Source of the DNA: Alphaproteobacteria bacterium
Lineage (GTDB): Bacteria; Pseudomonadota; Alphaproteobacteria; UBA7887
DNA: 64,000 bases
Direction: 5' to 3'
Assembly (NCBI GenBank): GCA_965216755.1
Contig: CBDCGL010000011.1
Location: forward strand, 3,488,001-3,552,000
Positions 18,824 through 28,773 of this stretch are shown here, piece after piece (position 1 is the stretch's first letter; each line of letters begins with the position of its first letter). A model generated the notes under the pieces. The model worked only from the letters and a program-made list of their open reading frames with translations, searched no databases and was not told the origin of the DNA. A program made the translations under genes and the position numbers.

Positions 18824-18985
18824 GTTTTTGTCCCAATTCTAGAGCCCAGAGCGTCGGCGGCGCGAGCGGACCCGACGCGATCAAAAAGGACACACGAACC
18901 CATTCTAGTATAAACTTACACCACGTAGGGAAATGGGTTTCGGTGAACGCTCATCACCTGCTGGTGTGTTTGAGAGGTGGCTGAT

Positions 18986-19768
18986 ATGCGGGAACGCTGG
19001 TTGGCTGTGGCGACGGCCCTGTTGACGATGCTGTTGGTGCACGATGTGCGCGCGGCCGAGAGTGACGAAAATCTGGAGACCGCCGCATGGGCGGCGCTGC
19101 AGAGCGAGGTGCTTGGCGGCGGGCCGGTTGTTTACGACAAGGCGGTCAAAGTACGCATGCCGCGGGTGGTGTGGGAGCCGCACAGCGTGCCGGTGACGAT
19201 AAATTTGTCGGAGATGCCCGGCAAGGTTTCCAAAGTGGTCCTGTTCGCGGAAAACAATCCGATTCAAACCGCGGCGCAGATCATGCCGCGGCGGCCGATC
19301 GAGGCGGTCGGTTTGAACATACGGCTCGAACAAACTACCCCGGTGCGCGTCGCCGCATTGGCGGACGATGGGGTCTGGCATGTCACCAATGTCGACGTCG
19401 TGGTGATGTTCCCCGGTGGTTGTTCCAAACCCCAAATTGATGTCGCCGAGGACGACGTTGGGTTGATCGCCATGAAGCGGTTTGATCAAGAGAATGGCGG
19501 CCAACGCCTGAAGCTCAAGATCAACCATCCAATGGACACCGGGTTCGCGACCGACGAAGACGGCCTTCTCGTCCCCGCCTATTACCTCAAAACCGTGACC
19601 GTGGCAGATCAGGCGGGACCGGTCGCGGATCTGATCACATCGGCGGCGCTGGCCTCGGACCCGAGCTTTGTCTTCGATTTGGCCGATATTCAGCAAAGCG
19701 TTCGGGTGACAGCCCGTGATAGCCGGGGGCTGGCGTTTGAGGCATTGGAGGTGCCGCCGACGATGTAG
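18986..19768 (+). CDS. Fused SoxYZ-like carrier protein (quinoprotein dehydrogenase-associated type)
   Basis: Signal peptide; SoxY-like VPVTI..ENNP..IRLEQTTPVR, internal GGCS; SoxZ-like KINHPMDTG...PAYYL...SDP. Confidence 0.85.
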   Translation: MRERWLAVATALLTMLLVHDVRAAESDENLETAAWAALQSEVLGGGPVVYDKAVKVRMPRVVWEPHSVPVTINLSEMPGKVSKVVLFAENNPIQTAAQIMPRRPIEAVGLNIRLEQTTPVRVAALADDGVWHVTNVDVVVMFPGGCSKPQIDVAEDDVGLIAMKRFDQENGGQRLKLKINHPMDTGFATDEDGLLVPAYYLKTVTVADQAGPVADLITSAALASDPSFVFDLADIQQSVRVTARDSRGLAFEALEVPPTM

Positions 19769-19857
19769 CGCGCGGTTGCCGGTTGTGCCTTGCGCAACCT
19801 GGCTTTCCATGAGCAGAATTGCCACGCGAGGATTGTCGGATACTGCTCTAGGATCAG

Positions 19858-20643
19858 GTGATGAAGAAACGAATTGGGCGCACGGCGGTGCCGGCGGCGT
19901 TGGCTTTGACCGTGACGTGTGCGGTCGTCGTATTTGGCGGTATGTCGGCGTCGGCCCAGTCGGTCGAACTGCGCCAAATGCATCATCAGGTCCAGCAGCA
20001 CTACGCCGCCGGTCGAATCGCCGCGGCGGCGAAGGTCGCCGTCGAGGCCGTGCGGTTGGGGGTCGAAGAGTTTGGCGCGGCCCATCCGACCACAGCCGCA
20101 TTGATGGCCAATCTTGCCGAACTGCGTGTCGAACTGGGCGAGTGGGCTGAGGTCGAGCGCCTGTATCGCGATGTTGCGTCCGCACGCACGACGACGCTCG
20201 GTGCGCATCATCCGGATGTGGCTGAGGCTTATGACGGGCTTGGTCGGGCATTGGCGGCGCAACAGCGCTACGAAGCCGCCGAAGACGCCTATTGGCAAGC
20301 ATTGCAGGCCGTAGAACAGCAAGTCGCCAGGCGCCCACACATGGTCACAGACCTGAACTTAATCGCGGCGCTCTATCGGGCACGCGCCTATTACAATCGC
20401 GCGCACTTGCTGGTGGTGGACGGCCGCTTGGATGACGCCGAACTGATGTATCAAAGCGCCATTGCGACGTTCGAGGCGAGCCCCATGGTCGACGGCGCCG
20501 AATTGAGCGCGGCGCTTGATCGGCGTGCCACGGTGCTGCGCAGATTGGGCGCACAAGACGAGGCCGAGTCGCTTGAAGCAAGGGCGCGCGAAGTTGCCGA
20601 CGGCGGTCCGGGTTGCCATATCTCGCCGTTTCGTAGCTGCTGA
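19858..20643 (+). CDS. Secreted tetratricopeptide-repeat protein
   Basis: Signal peptide; kinesin-light-chain-type TPRs GAAHPTTAALMANLAEL and GAHHPDVAEAYDGLG. Confidence 0.75.
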   Translation: MMKKRIGRTAVPAALALTVTCAVVVFGGMSASAQSVELRQMHHQVQQHYAAGRIAAAAKVAVEAVRLGVEEFGAAHPTTAALMANLAELRVELGEWAEVERLYRDVASARTTTLGAHHPDVAEAYDGLGRALAAQQRYEAAEDAYWQALQAVEQQVARRPHMVTDLNLIAALYRARAYYNRAHLLVVDGRLDDAELMYQSAIATFEASPMVDGAELSAALDRRATVLRRLGAQDEAESLEARAREVADGGPGCHISPFRSC

Positions 20644-20670
20644 TCCGCCGGCAATAGCAGAGTTGGCCAT

Positions 20671-21495
20671 ATGCAACGCGCCAAGGATCCAGAGGCGTTT
20701 ACCGCCTTCGAACATGAGGGCTGGCAGACCAGCAGCGCCGGCTATCAGAAACATTTCACGCGCCTGACCCGTCAAACCGTGCCGCCAACCTTGGATGCGG
20801 CCGGCGTTCAGGCGGGCATGCGGGTGCTCGATGTCTGCGCTGGCCCGGGCCTTTTGGCGGCCGCGGCGATAGAACGCGGCGCCGATGTTGTGGCGTTGGA
20901 CTTTTCCAGCGAAGCCGTCGCGATCGGCCGACGAACGGTTCCCGGCGCCGTCTTTCGCCAGGGCGATGCCCAGGATATGCCGTTCGACGACGACAGTTTC
21001 GACGCCGTCGCCTGTGGTTTTGGAATCGTCCACTTGCCGACACCGGAAAACGCGTTGCGCGACATGCGTCGCGTGTTACGACCAGGCCGGCGCATGGCGG
21101 TGAGTGTTTGGGAAGCGCCGCGGCCGACCAACGGCTATGGTGTTCTCTACGGTGCGTTCCAAGCCCATGCGGATATGAATGTGCCATTGCCGCACGGGCC
21201 GGATTTCTTTCAATTCAGCGCGCCCGAAGTGCTTGAAGCGGCGCTTGACGCGGTTGCACTTCGCGACATCGGGATCAGCCGCGTCGAGCAGACCTGGGCG
21301 ATGGACGCGCCGTTGGGCATCATGGAGGCGGTGTTGGAAGGCAGCGTTCGGGCGCGTGGCTTGTTGTTGGCTCAGACTGACGCGGTCCGCGCCGCGATCA
21401 ACCAGGACGTCGCCGCCGGCATGCGACGCTATCAAGTCTCGGCGGATGAATTTGCCGTTCCCATGCCGGCATTTGTCGGTGTCGGCACGAAATAG
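20671..21495 (+). CDS. Class I SAM-dependent methyltransferase (UbiE-like)
   Basis: VLDVCAGPG, GDAQDMPFDDDSFDAV, RVLRPG. Confidence 0.9.
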   Translation: MQRAKDPEAFTAFEHEGWQTSSAGYQKHFTRLTRQTVPPTLDAAGVQAGMRVLDVCAGPGLLAAAAIERGADVVALDFSSEAVAIGRRTVPGAVFRQGDAQDMPFDDDSFDAVACGFGIVHLPTPENALRDMRRVLRPGRRMAVSVWEAPRPTNGYGVLYGAFQAHADMNVPLPHGPDFFQFSAPEVLEAALDAVALRDIGISRVEQTWAMDAPLGIMEAVLEGSVRARGLLLAQTDAVRAAINQDVAAGMRRYQVSADEFAVPMPAFVGVGTK

Positions 21496-21516
21496 TGGCC
21501 GGGTATTCGAATCGAC

Positions 21517-21550
21517 AAAAAAACTGAGCCCGGCGCGGTGCCGGGCTCAG
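21517..21550 (-). terminator. Rho-independent terminator downstream of iorB
   Basis: Minus strand CTGAGCCCGGC-ACCGC-GCCGGGCTCAG followed by T7. Confidence 0.8.
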
Positions 21551-21626
21551 CCTGGATTGCTTGGTCGCAATCTGATCGCCGTGGACGACGGTGGCGTTCC
21601 ACCAGCGCCGTCACGACATGATCAAG

Positions 21627-23927
21627 TTACGCCTTCGCGATATCCGCCGCCTGGATCGGCAATTGGTGAATCCGCTTGCCGGTGGCGTTGTAGATCGCGT
21701 TGACCAGCGCCGGTGTATAAGGCGGTACGCCCGGTTCGCCAACGCCGCAAGGCCGCAGATGGGTGAACTCTTCCGAAACATGGACCCGCACGTTTAGCGG
21801 CGCATCGCTAATCCGTGTGATCGGGTAATCGTGGAAGTTGCTCTGATCCACCGCACCCTTGGTGGTCGAAATCAGACCATGGCGGGCGACCGTGTTGCCA
21901 TAGATCGCCGCACCCTCAACCTGCTTGCGAATGCCTTCCGGATTGACATAGCGGCCGCAGTCGATGGCCATGTCAACTTGCGGAATGCGCAAGGTGCCGT
22001 CGTCGTGGACGACCACGTGCACCGCTGAGGCGACATAGCTGTGGAAGCACCGGTGAACCGCCAAGCCGAGGCCATGACCGTCCGGTAGAGACTTGCCATA
22101 GCCGGCCTTGTCGGCCGCCAGTTTCAACACGCTCGACAGACGTCCGGTCATGATCGGCCAATCCTCGATCGGATCGCCATAGTTCCAGTAGTCCTCGACG
22201 CCTTCCGACGCCAGATCGAGGGTCGCCGGTTCGCCGATCAGCTCAAGCAGGAACTCAAGCGGATCACGCCCGGCCGCGGCCGCCAGCTCGTTGGCGAAGC
22301 AGTTCATCGCAAACGAATGCTGAATATTGTTCACCGATCGATACCAGCCGATGCGGATCATGATATCGGCTTCGCCATTCACGATCTTGATGTTCGGCAC
22401 CCCGTTGTAGGGCAGATCGACCAAACCAAGACCGTATTCGATGTTGAAGCCCGTCTTTTGATCCGGCACCCACAGACCCAGGATCGACGGCCATGCACCC
22501 TTGTGTTCCCACGCGGTGACCTTGCCATTTTCATCCAGGGCCGCTTTGACCGTTTGCGCACTGGCGGTGTGATAGTAGCCGTGGCGAATGTCGTCCTCGC
22601 GGGTCCACTGCATGCGCACCGGCTTGCCGATCATTTTCGACAGAATCGCCGCTTCACACGCGTAGTCCGGCTGTGATTTGCGACCGAAGCCGCCGCCCAA
22701 CAACGACGGCTGACATTCGACGTCGGTCTTCTCCAGACCAAGCGCTTCGGCCACATATTGCCGGGTTTCGTTTGGCGATTGGGTGCACGCCCACACCTTG
22801 ACCGGGGTCGCGTTGGCGTCAACCAATGCCGCCACGGGTTCCATGGTGGTGTGGATGAAGTAGGGCACGAAATATTCGGCCTCAACCACTTTGTCGGCGT
22901 TGCTGAAGGCGTCGTCGACATTGCCGCGCTCGCGGATCACGTGCCCGGCGTCACGCGCGGCTTGCCGTAGCGTGTCGTTATAAGAGCCCGAGTCATGCGC
23001 GGCAAAGGGGCCGTCTTCCCATTCGATCTTGAGCTTGTCACGGCCTTGTAATACGGCCCAGGTGTTGGTGCCGACCACCGCGACGCCACCAAGGGCGCGG
23101 AACTCAGCGGCCTTGTCGTCGGCGAGCGCCGGGATTTCCACCACATGCTCAACACCGTCGACCGCCAGCGCGTCGCTGGCGTCGAACGATTTGACCGTGC
23201 CGCGATAGACCGGTGGTCGCGCGGCGACCGCGATCATCATGCCCGGCATGGTCATATCGGCGCCGTAGTCAGCGCCGCCGGTGCTCATGTCGTAATTGTC
23301 GACGACCGGCATGTCTTTGCCGATATAGCGCCATTCCGACGGATCTTTGAGTTTCGGCTGCGGCGCGGCTTCGCCGGCCGGCATGTTCATTTCGGACGCG
23401 GTCTCCACGACCTCGCCAAAATCGAGCGAGTTGCCCGATCCGGTATGATAGAGCCGGTGATTGCGGGCATAGACCTCGCTGGGATTGACACCCCATTGCT
23501 TGGCCGCTGCTTGCTCCAGCATGTACCGAGCTTGGGCACCAAGTTCGCGCATGATGTCGAAATGATGCCGCGTACTGCGCGAGCCGTCCGTGTTCTGGCC
23601 ATCTTGGCCGGCCGGATCATATTTGGTTTCGTCGCCCGGCGACTGCCAAATCTTGACGCGGCTCCAATCGGCTTCCAGTTCGTCCGCCAGCATCATGGGG
23701 ATGCCGGTTCGCACGCCTTGGCCCATTTCAATACGGCTACAGGTGATTGTCACCGTGCCGGCTTTGTCGATTGACACAAACAAGTTTGGTGCAATCGAAT
23801 CCGCGGCAGCCTTGGCGCCACCGATCAGCGATGTTTTGGGTAACACTTGCGCGCCGAGAACCAGTCCGGCGGTTGCGCCTGTGCCTTTGAGGACATCGCG
23901 CCTGCTGAGATTTTGAATCACTGACAT
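21627..23927 (-). CDS. Xanthine oxidase family molybdopterin subunit (isoquinoline 1-oxidoreductase beta-like), Tat-exported
   Basis: SRRDVLK twin-arginine signal, EMGQG, TDGSRS, LGGGFGRKS, WTREDD, GWYRSV, GVGEPGVPP. Confidence 0.92.
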   Translation of the reverse strand: MSVIQNLSRRDVLKGTGATAGLVLGAQVLPKTSLIGGAKAAADSIAPNLFVSIDKAGTVTITCSRIEMGQGVRTGIPMMLADELEADWSRVKIWQSPGDETKYDPAGQDGQNTDGSRSTRHHFDIMRELGAQARYMLEQAAAKQWGVNPSEVYARNHRLYHTGSGNSLDFGEVVETASEMNMPAGEAAPQPKLKDPSEWRYIGKDMPVVDNYDMSTGGADYGADMTMPGMMIAVAARPPVYRGTVKSFDASDALAVDGVEHVVEIPALADDKAAEFRALGGVAVVGTNTWAVLQGRDKLKIEWEDGPFAAHDSGSYNDTLRQAARDAGHVIRERGNVDDAFSNADKVVEAEYFVPYFIHTTMEPVAALVDANATPVKVWACTQSPNETRQYVAEALGLEKTDVECQPSLLGGGFGRKSQPDYACEAAILSKMIGKPVRMQWTREDDIRHGYYHTASAQTVKAALDENGKVTAWEHKGAWPSILGLWVPDQKTGFNIEYGLGLVDLPYNGVPNIKIVNGEADIMIRIGWYRSVNNIQHSFAMNCFANELAAAAGRDPLEFLLELIGEPATLDLASEGVEDYWNYGDPIEDWPIMTGRLSSVLKLAADKAGYGKSLPDGHGLGLAVHRCFHSYVASAVHVVVHDDGTLRIPQVDMAIDCGRYVNPEGIRKQVEGAAIYGNTVARHGLISTTKGAVDQSNFHDYPITRISDAPLNVRVHVSEEFTHLRPCGVGEPGVPPYTPALVNAIYNATGKRIHQLPIQAADIAKA

Positions 23928-23930
23928 CGT

Positions 23931-24383
23931 TTACACCTCCTGAGCCGCAGTCTTCACGGCCGCGAAAATCCGCTGGTAGGTGCCGCAGCGACAAATATTA
24001 CCCTCCATGCCGTCGATGATTTCTTGATCGCTCGGGTCCGGATTGGCCGCGAGCAGGGCCGCAGCGTTCATGATTTGACCAGACTGGCAATAACCGCACT
24101 GCGGGACATTGTGTGCCCGCCACGCCCGTTGAACCGGGTGGTTGCCGTTCGGGTCCAAACCTTCGATCGTCGTCACGTCTTGTCCTGCCGCTTCCGACAT
24201 CGGCGTGATGCATGAGCGAACGGCGGCACCGCCGACATGCACCGTGCACGAACCGCAAAGGCCCGCGCCACAGGCAAACTTGCTGCCTGTCAGTCCCAGT
24301 ACGTCACGGACGTACCAGAGAATGGGCATATTTGGATCGCCGTCAAACTGGCGAGCCTCCCCATTGACACGTAACTCTATCAT
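23931..24383 (-). CDS. (2Fe-2S) small subunit (isoquinoline 1-oxidoreductase alpha-like)
   Basis: [36 protein letters not shown]; directly upstream of the large subunit. Confidence 0.92.
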   Translation of the reverse strand: MIELRVNGEARQFDGDPNMPILWYVRDVLGLTGSKFACGAGLCGSCTVHVGGAAVRSCITPMSEAAGQDVTTIEGLDPNGNHPVQRAWRAHNVPQCGYCQSGQIMNAAALLAANPDPSDQEIIDGMEGNICRCGTYQRIFAAVKTAAQEV

Positions 24384-24952
24384 TCAAAGAGCCTCCCAAT
24401 ACTGAAGCTATTGTTCTTGCGCTTACCGAGCGGAACTTTATTAGAAGACGTTACGCGCCCAAGACGAATCGACGGAACCACCGCCGCGTCTCAGCCACAT
24501 TGTTTGTATCACGCGATCCTCAACGCCACTCTCAGTTTGCCACAAGTTGCCCCACCATTTTAGTCGACTTTGCAACGCAGGTACAATTGACTTTTCTGCG
24601 ACTGTCCGATTCGTTGCACGGAGCGTTGGGCGGCCTTTTGTCGGATCTGTGGGGTCGGTCGTGCAACTGGCTGTAACTACTGGCGGCTCAAGGCGTTATC
24701 CGGTGCGCCATGGGGCCTCGCAGCGGCGACGGGAATGGCAGCGAATTGGCCATGTGACGCGTTCCGTGGTGCCGCACAAATGGTTGTGAATCCGCGCCCA
24801 AAGTGAAAAGTTGCTTGAACGCCCGGAGCTGGCATGGGCGCAACCCGACTGACTCCTCTCAACGGCTTGCTCCGAGTTAAAGCAATGGCTAAGAGAACAG
24901 CACGGCAAACGGAAGCTTTTGAAACACGGCGAGCACACGGGGAGCCGCGGGG

Positions 24953-25960
24953 ATGAGGGTTTTGGTCACCGGTGGCGCCGGTTTTTTGGCGCGCGCCTTA
25001 GCGCAAGCCATCTTGGATCGGGAGACTTTGGTCGGCCCCAGCGGTGGGCACGAGACGATCGACGAGTTGGTGCTGCTGGATGTCGACTGCCGTCGCGGTT
25101 TGCCTGACGACATCGACGCACGGGTGCGCGTCGTCGACGGTGCGGTTTCGGATCGCGATCTGGTCTATGGGCTTGTCGATCGCGACGACATTGCGGTTTT
25201 TCATCTGGCCGACCTGACCGGTGGCGCCGACGACCAAGAATTTGATACCGCGATCCGGGTCAATTTGTATGGCAGTCTGAATATCTTGGAGGCGTGTCGA
25301 AGCCGCGAGTTGGCGCCGCGTTTGGTTGCCACCAGCTCATTGGCTGTGTTTGGCGGCGCCGCGATGCCGCACACGGTCAGCGACGGCACCAAGCTCTTGC
25401 CCCAATCAACCCTTGGCGCCACCAAGGCAATTTTGGAATTGCTGATCAACGAATATGCGCGCAAGGAATTCGTCGATGGACGTGTGGCCCGCCTGCCGCT
25501 GGTGATTGTCCGGCCGGATCGCCAGCCCGAGCCTTATTTCGAATTCGCCAGTGCGCTGTTGCGCGAACCTTTATTGGGTCGTGACTATGTCTGCCCGGTC
25601 GCGGCTGGAACCACCGTGGCGGTGATTGGCGCACGCACCGCGGTGGATGCGTTGATCACCCTGCACGACGTTGCCGGTGATCGGTTGGGTGATGACCGCG
25701 CGGTCACTCTGCCGAGCGTTCGCGCCAAGGTGGCCGATATACTGGGCTGTCTCAAACGGGTCGGCGACGGCCGCGCCCTTGGTGCCGTCGATATTCGCCC
25801 GGACCAATTCGTCGAGGCCATGTGCGCGGCGTGGCCGGAATCGACCGACGCCCATCGGGCGGCCTATTTGGGTGTTGAACGGGATGACGGTCTTGACTCG
25901 ATCGCGCGCGCCTTCATCGACGACCACCTATCGGACGAGCTGATCGCGGATCCGGTTTAA
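24953..25960 (+). CDS. NAD-dependent epimerase/dehydratase, D-erythronate dehydrogenase (DenD)-like, catalytic Tyr substituted
   Basis: TGGAGFLA, TSSLAVFG, PQSTLGATK, ELLINEYARKEFVDGR..RLP..VRP, REPL. Confidence 0.75.
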   Translation: MRVLVTGGAGFLARALAQAILDRETLVGPSGGHETIDELVLLDVDCRRGLPDDIDARVRVVDGAVSDRDLVYGLVDRDDIAVFHLADLTGGADDQEFDTAIRVNLYGSLNILEACRSRELAPRLVATSSLAVFGGAAMPHTVSDGTKLLPQSTLGATKAILELLINEYARKEFVDGRVARLPLVIVRPDRQPEPYFEFASALLREPLLGRDYVCPVAAGTTVAVIGARTAVDALITLHDVAGDRLGDDRAVTLPSVRAKVADILGCLKRVGDGRALGAVDIRPDQFVEAMCAAWPESTDAHRAAYLGVERDDGLDSIARAFIDDHLSDELIADPV

Positions 25961-25978
25961 GATGATCGCCGCCGCCGA

Positions 25979-26890
25979 TCAATCGTCGGGCAGGATATCG
26001 GCGCCGGTGCCCAGACGCGCCGGGGCGTTGCGTCGTTCTTCTTCCAACAGCACGCCGGCATGATCGACCCCGGCGTGGCCATGTTCGACCAAGCTGGCAT
26101 AGAGCGCACGGACCTGCTCCATCACCGGCAGGGCTAGCCCCAGTGCCGCGGCCGTGTCGTGGACCGTGTTGAGATCCTTGAGTTGCACTTGCGCGCGGGC
26201 GCCGGGAACAAAGCGCCTTTCGATCATCTTGGTGCCGTGGCTCTGGAGAATGATGCTGTCGGCAAAGCCGCCGCTGATCGCCTGTTGCACGGCTTTCGGG
26301 TCGGCCCCGCCGGCCGCCGCCAACAACAGCCCTTCTGCGACCGCGCTGATGGTGATCCCGACGATGGTCTGATTGGTCAATTTGGCCAGTTGGCCGGTGC
26401 CGGCGGGGCCGACATGGGTCGCGCGACCCATCGATTGCAGCACGGGCAAAGCGTCGTCAAATACGCTCTTTTCGCCGCCCACCATGATCGCCAACGTCGC
26501 GTTCTCAGCGCCTGGCACGCCGCCAGAGACAGGCGCATCCAAGTGTTGCGCGCCGCGTTCAGCTAGGCGCGCGCTGTGGTCGCGGGCCAGCGCCGGCGCG
26601 ATCGAGCTCATATCGATCACGGTTGCCGCTGGTTGCAGTGCGGCAGCGGCGGCGTGTTCGAACAGGACCGCCTCGACGATCGGACCACTCTCAAGCATGG
26701 TGATTACGACCGCGGCGTCGGCCACCGCCGCGGCCGGCGTATCGGCGACGCGCGCGCCGTCGGCCTGTAACGGCTCGGCCTCGGCACGGGTGCGATTCCA
26801 CACCGTCAGCGGAAATCCGGCGCGCAGGATGTTGCGGCTCATCGGCAAACCCATCAATCCGGTGCCGAGCAATGCGACATGCGGTGCCAT
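25979..26890 (-). CDS. Beta-hydroxyacid dehydrogenase (2-hydroxy-3-oxopropionate reductase-like)
   Basis: LGTGLMG, IDMSSI, LDAPVSGG, GQLAKLTNQ, GGFADS, KDL. Confidence 0.9.
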   Translation of the reverse strand: MAPHVALLGTGLMGLPMSRNILRAGFPLTVWNRTRAEAEPLQADGARVADTPAAAVADAAVVITMLESGPIVEAVLFEHAAAAALQPAATVIDMSSIAPALARDHSARLAERGAQHLDAPVSGGVPGAENATLAIMVGGEKSVFDDALPVLQSMGRATHVGPAGTGQLAKLTNQTIVGITISAVAEGLLLAAAGGADPKAVQQAISGGFADSIILQSHGTKMIERRFVPGARAQVQLKDLNTVHDTAAALGLALPVMEQVRALYASLVEHGHAGVDHAGVLLEEERRNAPARLGTGADILPDD

Positions 26891-26989
26891 AGGTGTGTCT
26901 CCAAACGGTGCGGTGGTGTTGGATCGGTGTGCACTATAATCTGTCGCCCGCTTGTGCGTCAGCGCCAATGACAGTCCAAGGAGTCGGCC

Positions 26990-28579
26990 ATGCGCGATTA
27001 TCAATTGCCAGGGCGGTCCCCGGTTCATGCCATGTCGGCCATGGCCGCGACCTCGCATCCGGCGGCAACGTTGGCCGCGCTCGACATGCTACGCGCGGGC
27101 GGCAATGCCGTTGACGCCGCGATCACCGCCGCCGCCTTGTTGGGCGTGGTCGAACCGCAGTCAACCGGTATCGGTGGTGATTGTTTTTGTCTCTATATGC
27201 CGGGCGGCCGTGGTCCGGTGATCGCCATGAATGGCTCAGGACGGGCGCCGGCGGCTGCGACGACCGATTGGTTTGCCGCCAATGGCATTGGTGAAATCGG
27301 CTTTCAAAGCCCCCATGCGGTGACCGTGCCGGGCGCGGTCGCGGCGTGGCAGACCCTGAGCGATGATTATGGCCGCAAGGGCCTGGCGGCCGCCTTGCAG
27401 CCCGCCATCGACGCAGCGGAGAACGGCTATCCGGTCCATGAAGTGATCGCGCATGTCTGGGGCCAGCAAGTCGACAAGCTCTATGGCTGTGACAATGCGC
27501 GGCGGATCCTGCTGCCCGGCGGTCGCCCGCCGCGCACCGGCGAGGTTCATCGCCAGCCTGAACTCGCGCGCACATTGCGGAGCATCGCCAAGGACGGCCG
27601 CGATGGATTTTACACGGGTTGGGTTGCCGACGATATCGTTAGCTACCTCAATAGTCGCGGCGGCGTCCACACGGAAGACGACTTCGCCCAGGCGGCGGTC
27701 GACTATGTCGACCCCATCCACACCGACTATCGCGGCTATCGGATTTGGGAATGTCCACCCAATGGCCAGGGCATTTTGGTCTTGATGATGCTCAACATTC
27801 TGTCCGGATTTGATCTCGCGAGCTTGGATCCGATGGGCCCGGAACGGTTTCATTTGGAGGCCGAGGTCAGCCGTCTTGTATACCGTGATCGCGACGCGCT
27901 ACTTGCCGACCCCGCGCAAGCCGACGTCCCCGTGGCGCACTTGTTGTCGGCTGAGTATGCGGCCGGATTGCGGGGGTTGATCAGCACCGACAAAGCGATG
28001 GCGCCGCTGCCACCGCCGGGCGGCGTGGCTCACAGCGATACGGTTTACCTGACCGTGGTCGACAAGGACCGCAATGTGGTGTCGTTCATCAATTCCCTGT
28101 TCCAGTCTTTCGGCTGCGGGTTGGTCGCGCCGCAAAGCGGCGTCACGTTGCATAATCGGGGTGCGAGTTTTCGATTGGATTCGGCGCATCCAAACTGCAT
28201 CGCGCCGGGCAAACGACCGATGCATACGATCATTCCAGGCATGGTCACGCGCGATGGCTATGCTGTGATGCCTTTCGGGGTGATGGGTGGTCACTACCAG
28301 CCGGTCGGCCAAACCCACCTGTTGACCAACATTTTCGACTATGGCCTGCATGTGCAAGAGGCTTTGGACATGCCGCGGGCCTTCGCGTTCGGCGGCATGA
28401 TGCAGGTGGAACGGGGCGTTCCCGCCGCGACAGTCGGCGGCTTGGCGGCGCGCGGCCACCAAATCGTGCCGGCCGACGCCGCGCTCGGTGGCGGCCAAGC
28501 GATCGCCATCGATTGGGACACGGGCGTGCTCACCGGCGGGTCGGAACCGCGCAAAGATGGTTGCGCGCTAGGGTATTAG
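26990..28579 (+). CDS. ggt: Gamma-glutamyltransferase family protein
   Basis: GGNAVDAAI, GIGGD, VTVPG, PPNGQG, nucleophile DTVYL, PGKRPMHTIIP, GVMGG, EPRKDG. Confidence 0.92.
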   Translation: MRDYQLPGRSPVHAMSAMAATSHPAATLAALDMLRAGGNAVDAAITAAALLGVVEPQSTGIGGDCFCLYMPGGRGPVIAMNGSGRAPAAATTDWFAANGIGEIGFQSPHAVTVPGAVAAWQTLSDDYGRKGLAAALQPAIDAAENGYPVHEVIAHVWGQQVDKLYGCDNARRILLPGGRPPRTGEVHRQPELARTLRSIAKDGRDGFYTGWVADDIVSYLNSRGGVHTEDDFAQAAVDYVDPIHTDYRGYRIWECPPNGQGILVLMMLNILSGFDLASLDPMGPERFHLEAEVSRLVYRDRDALLADPAQADVPVAHLLSAEYAAGLRGLISTDKAMAPLPPPGGVAHSDTVYLTVVDKDRNVVSFINSLFQSFGCGLVAPQSGVTLHNRGASFRLDSAHPNCIAPGKRPMHTIIPGMVTRDGYAVMPFGVMGGHYQPVGQTHLLTNIFDYGLHVQEALDMPRAFAFGGMMQVERGVPAATVGGLAARGHQIVPADAALGGGQAIAIDWDTGVLTGGSEPRKDGCALGY

Positions 28580-28589
28580 CCGCACTTTT

Positions 28590-28673
28590 CGGTGACAGTT
28601 TACTAAATACACCACATTTTGTATTTCGTATGTTAGATGAGCTATATATGGTGTATTTAGTAAACTGTCACCG
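28590..28673. repeat. 84-bp palindromic REPIN/MITE-like element, copy 1
   Basis: Perfect inverted repeat CGGTGACAGTTTACTAAATACACCA (28590-28614 / 28649-28673), extended by TTT/AAA; AT-rich core; 10 nt after the ggt stop. Confidence 0.85.
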
Positions 28674-28773
28674 AAACACCGAAAGACCACGCGATTTCAA
28701 CCAGCCCGGGCTTGCCGCGTCGCGTGTTTGCCCTGATGATCTTGGATCCGCGCGAACGCACCGAGAGACCGGC

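Noticed and set aside
18897-18940. Inverted repeat AACCCATT...AATGGGTT in the iorA/soxYZ divergent region
   Set aside because: Only 8 bp with a long spacer; could be an operator but not distinguishable from chance without comparative data.
24384-24952. 570-nt intergenic region as ncRNA or hidden gene
   Set aside because: No convincing ORF, strong hairpin series or exact sigma54 motif seen; compatible with a divergent promoter region.
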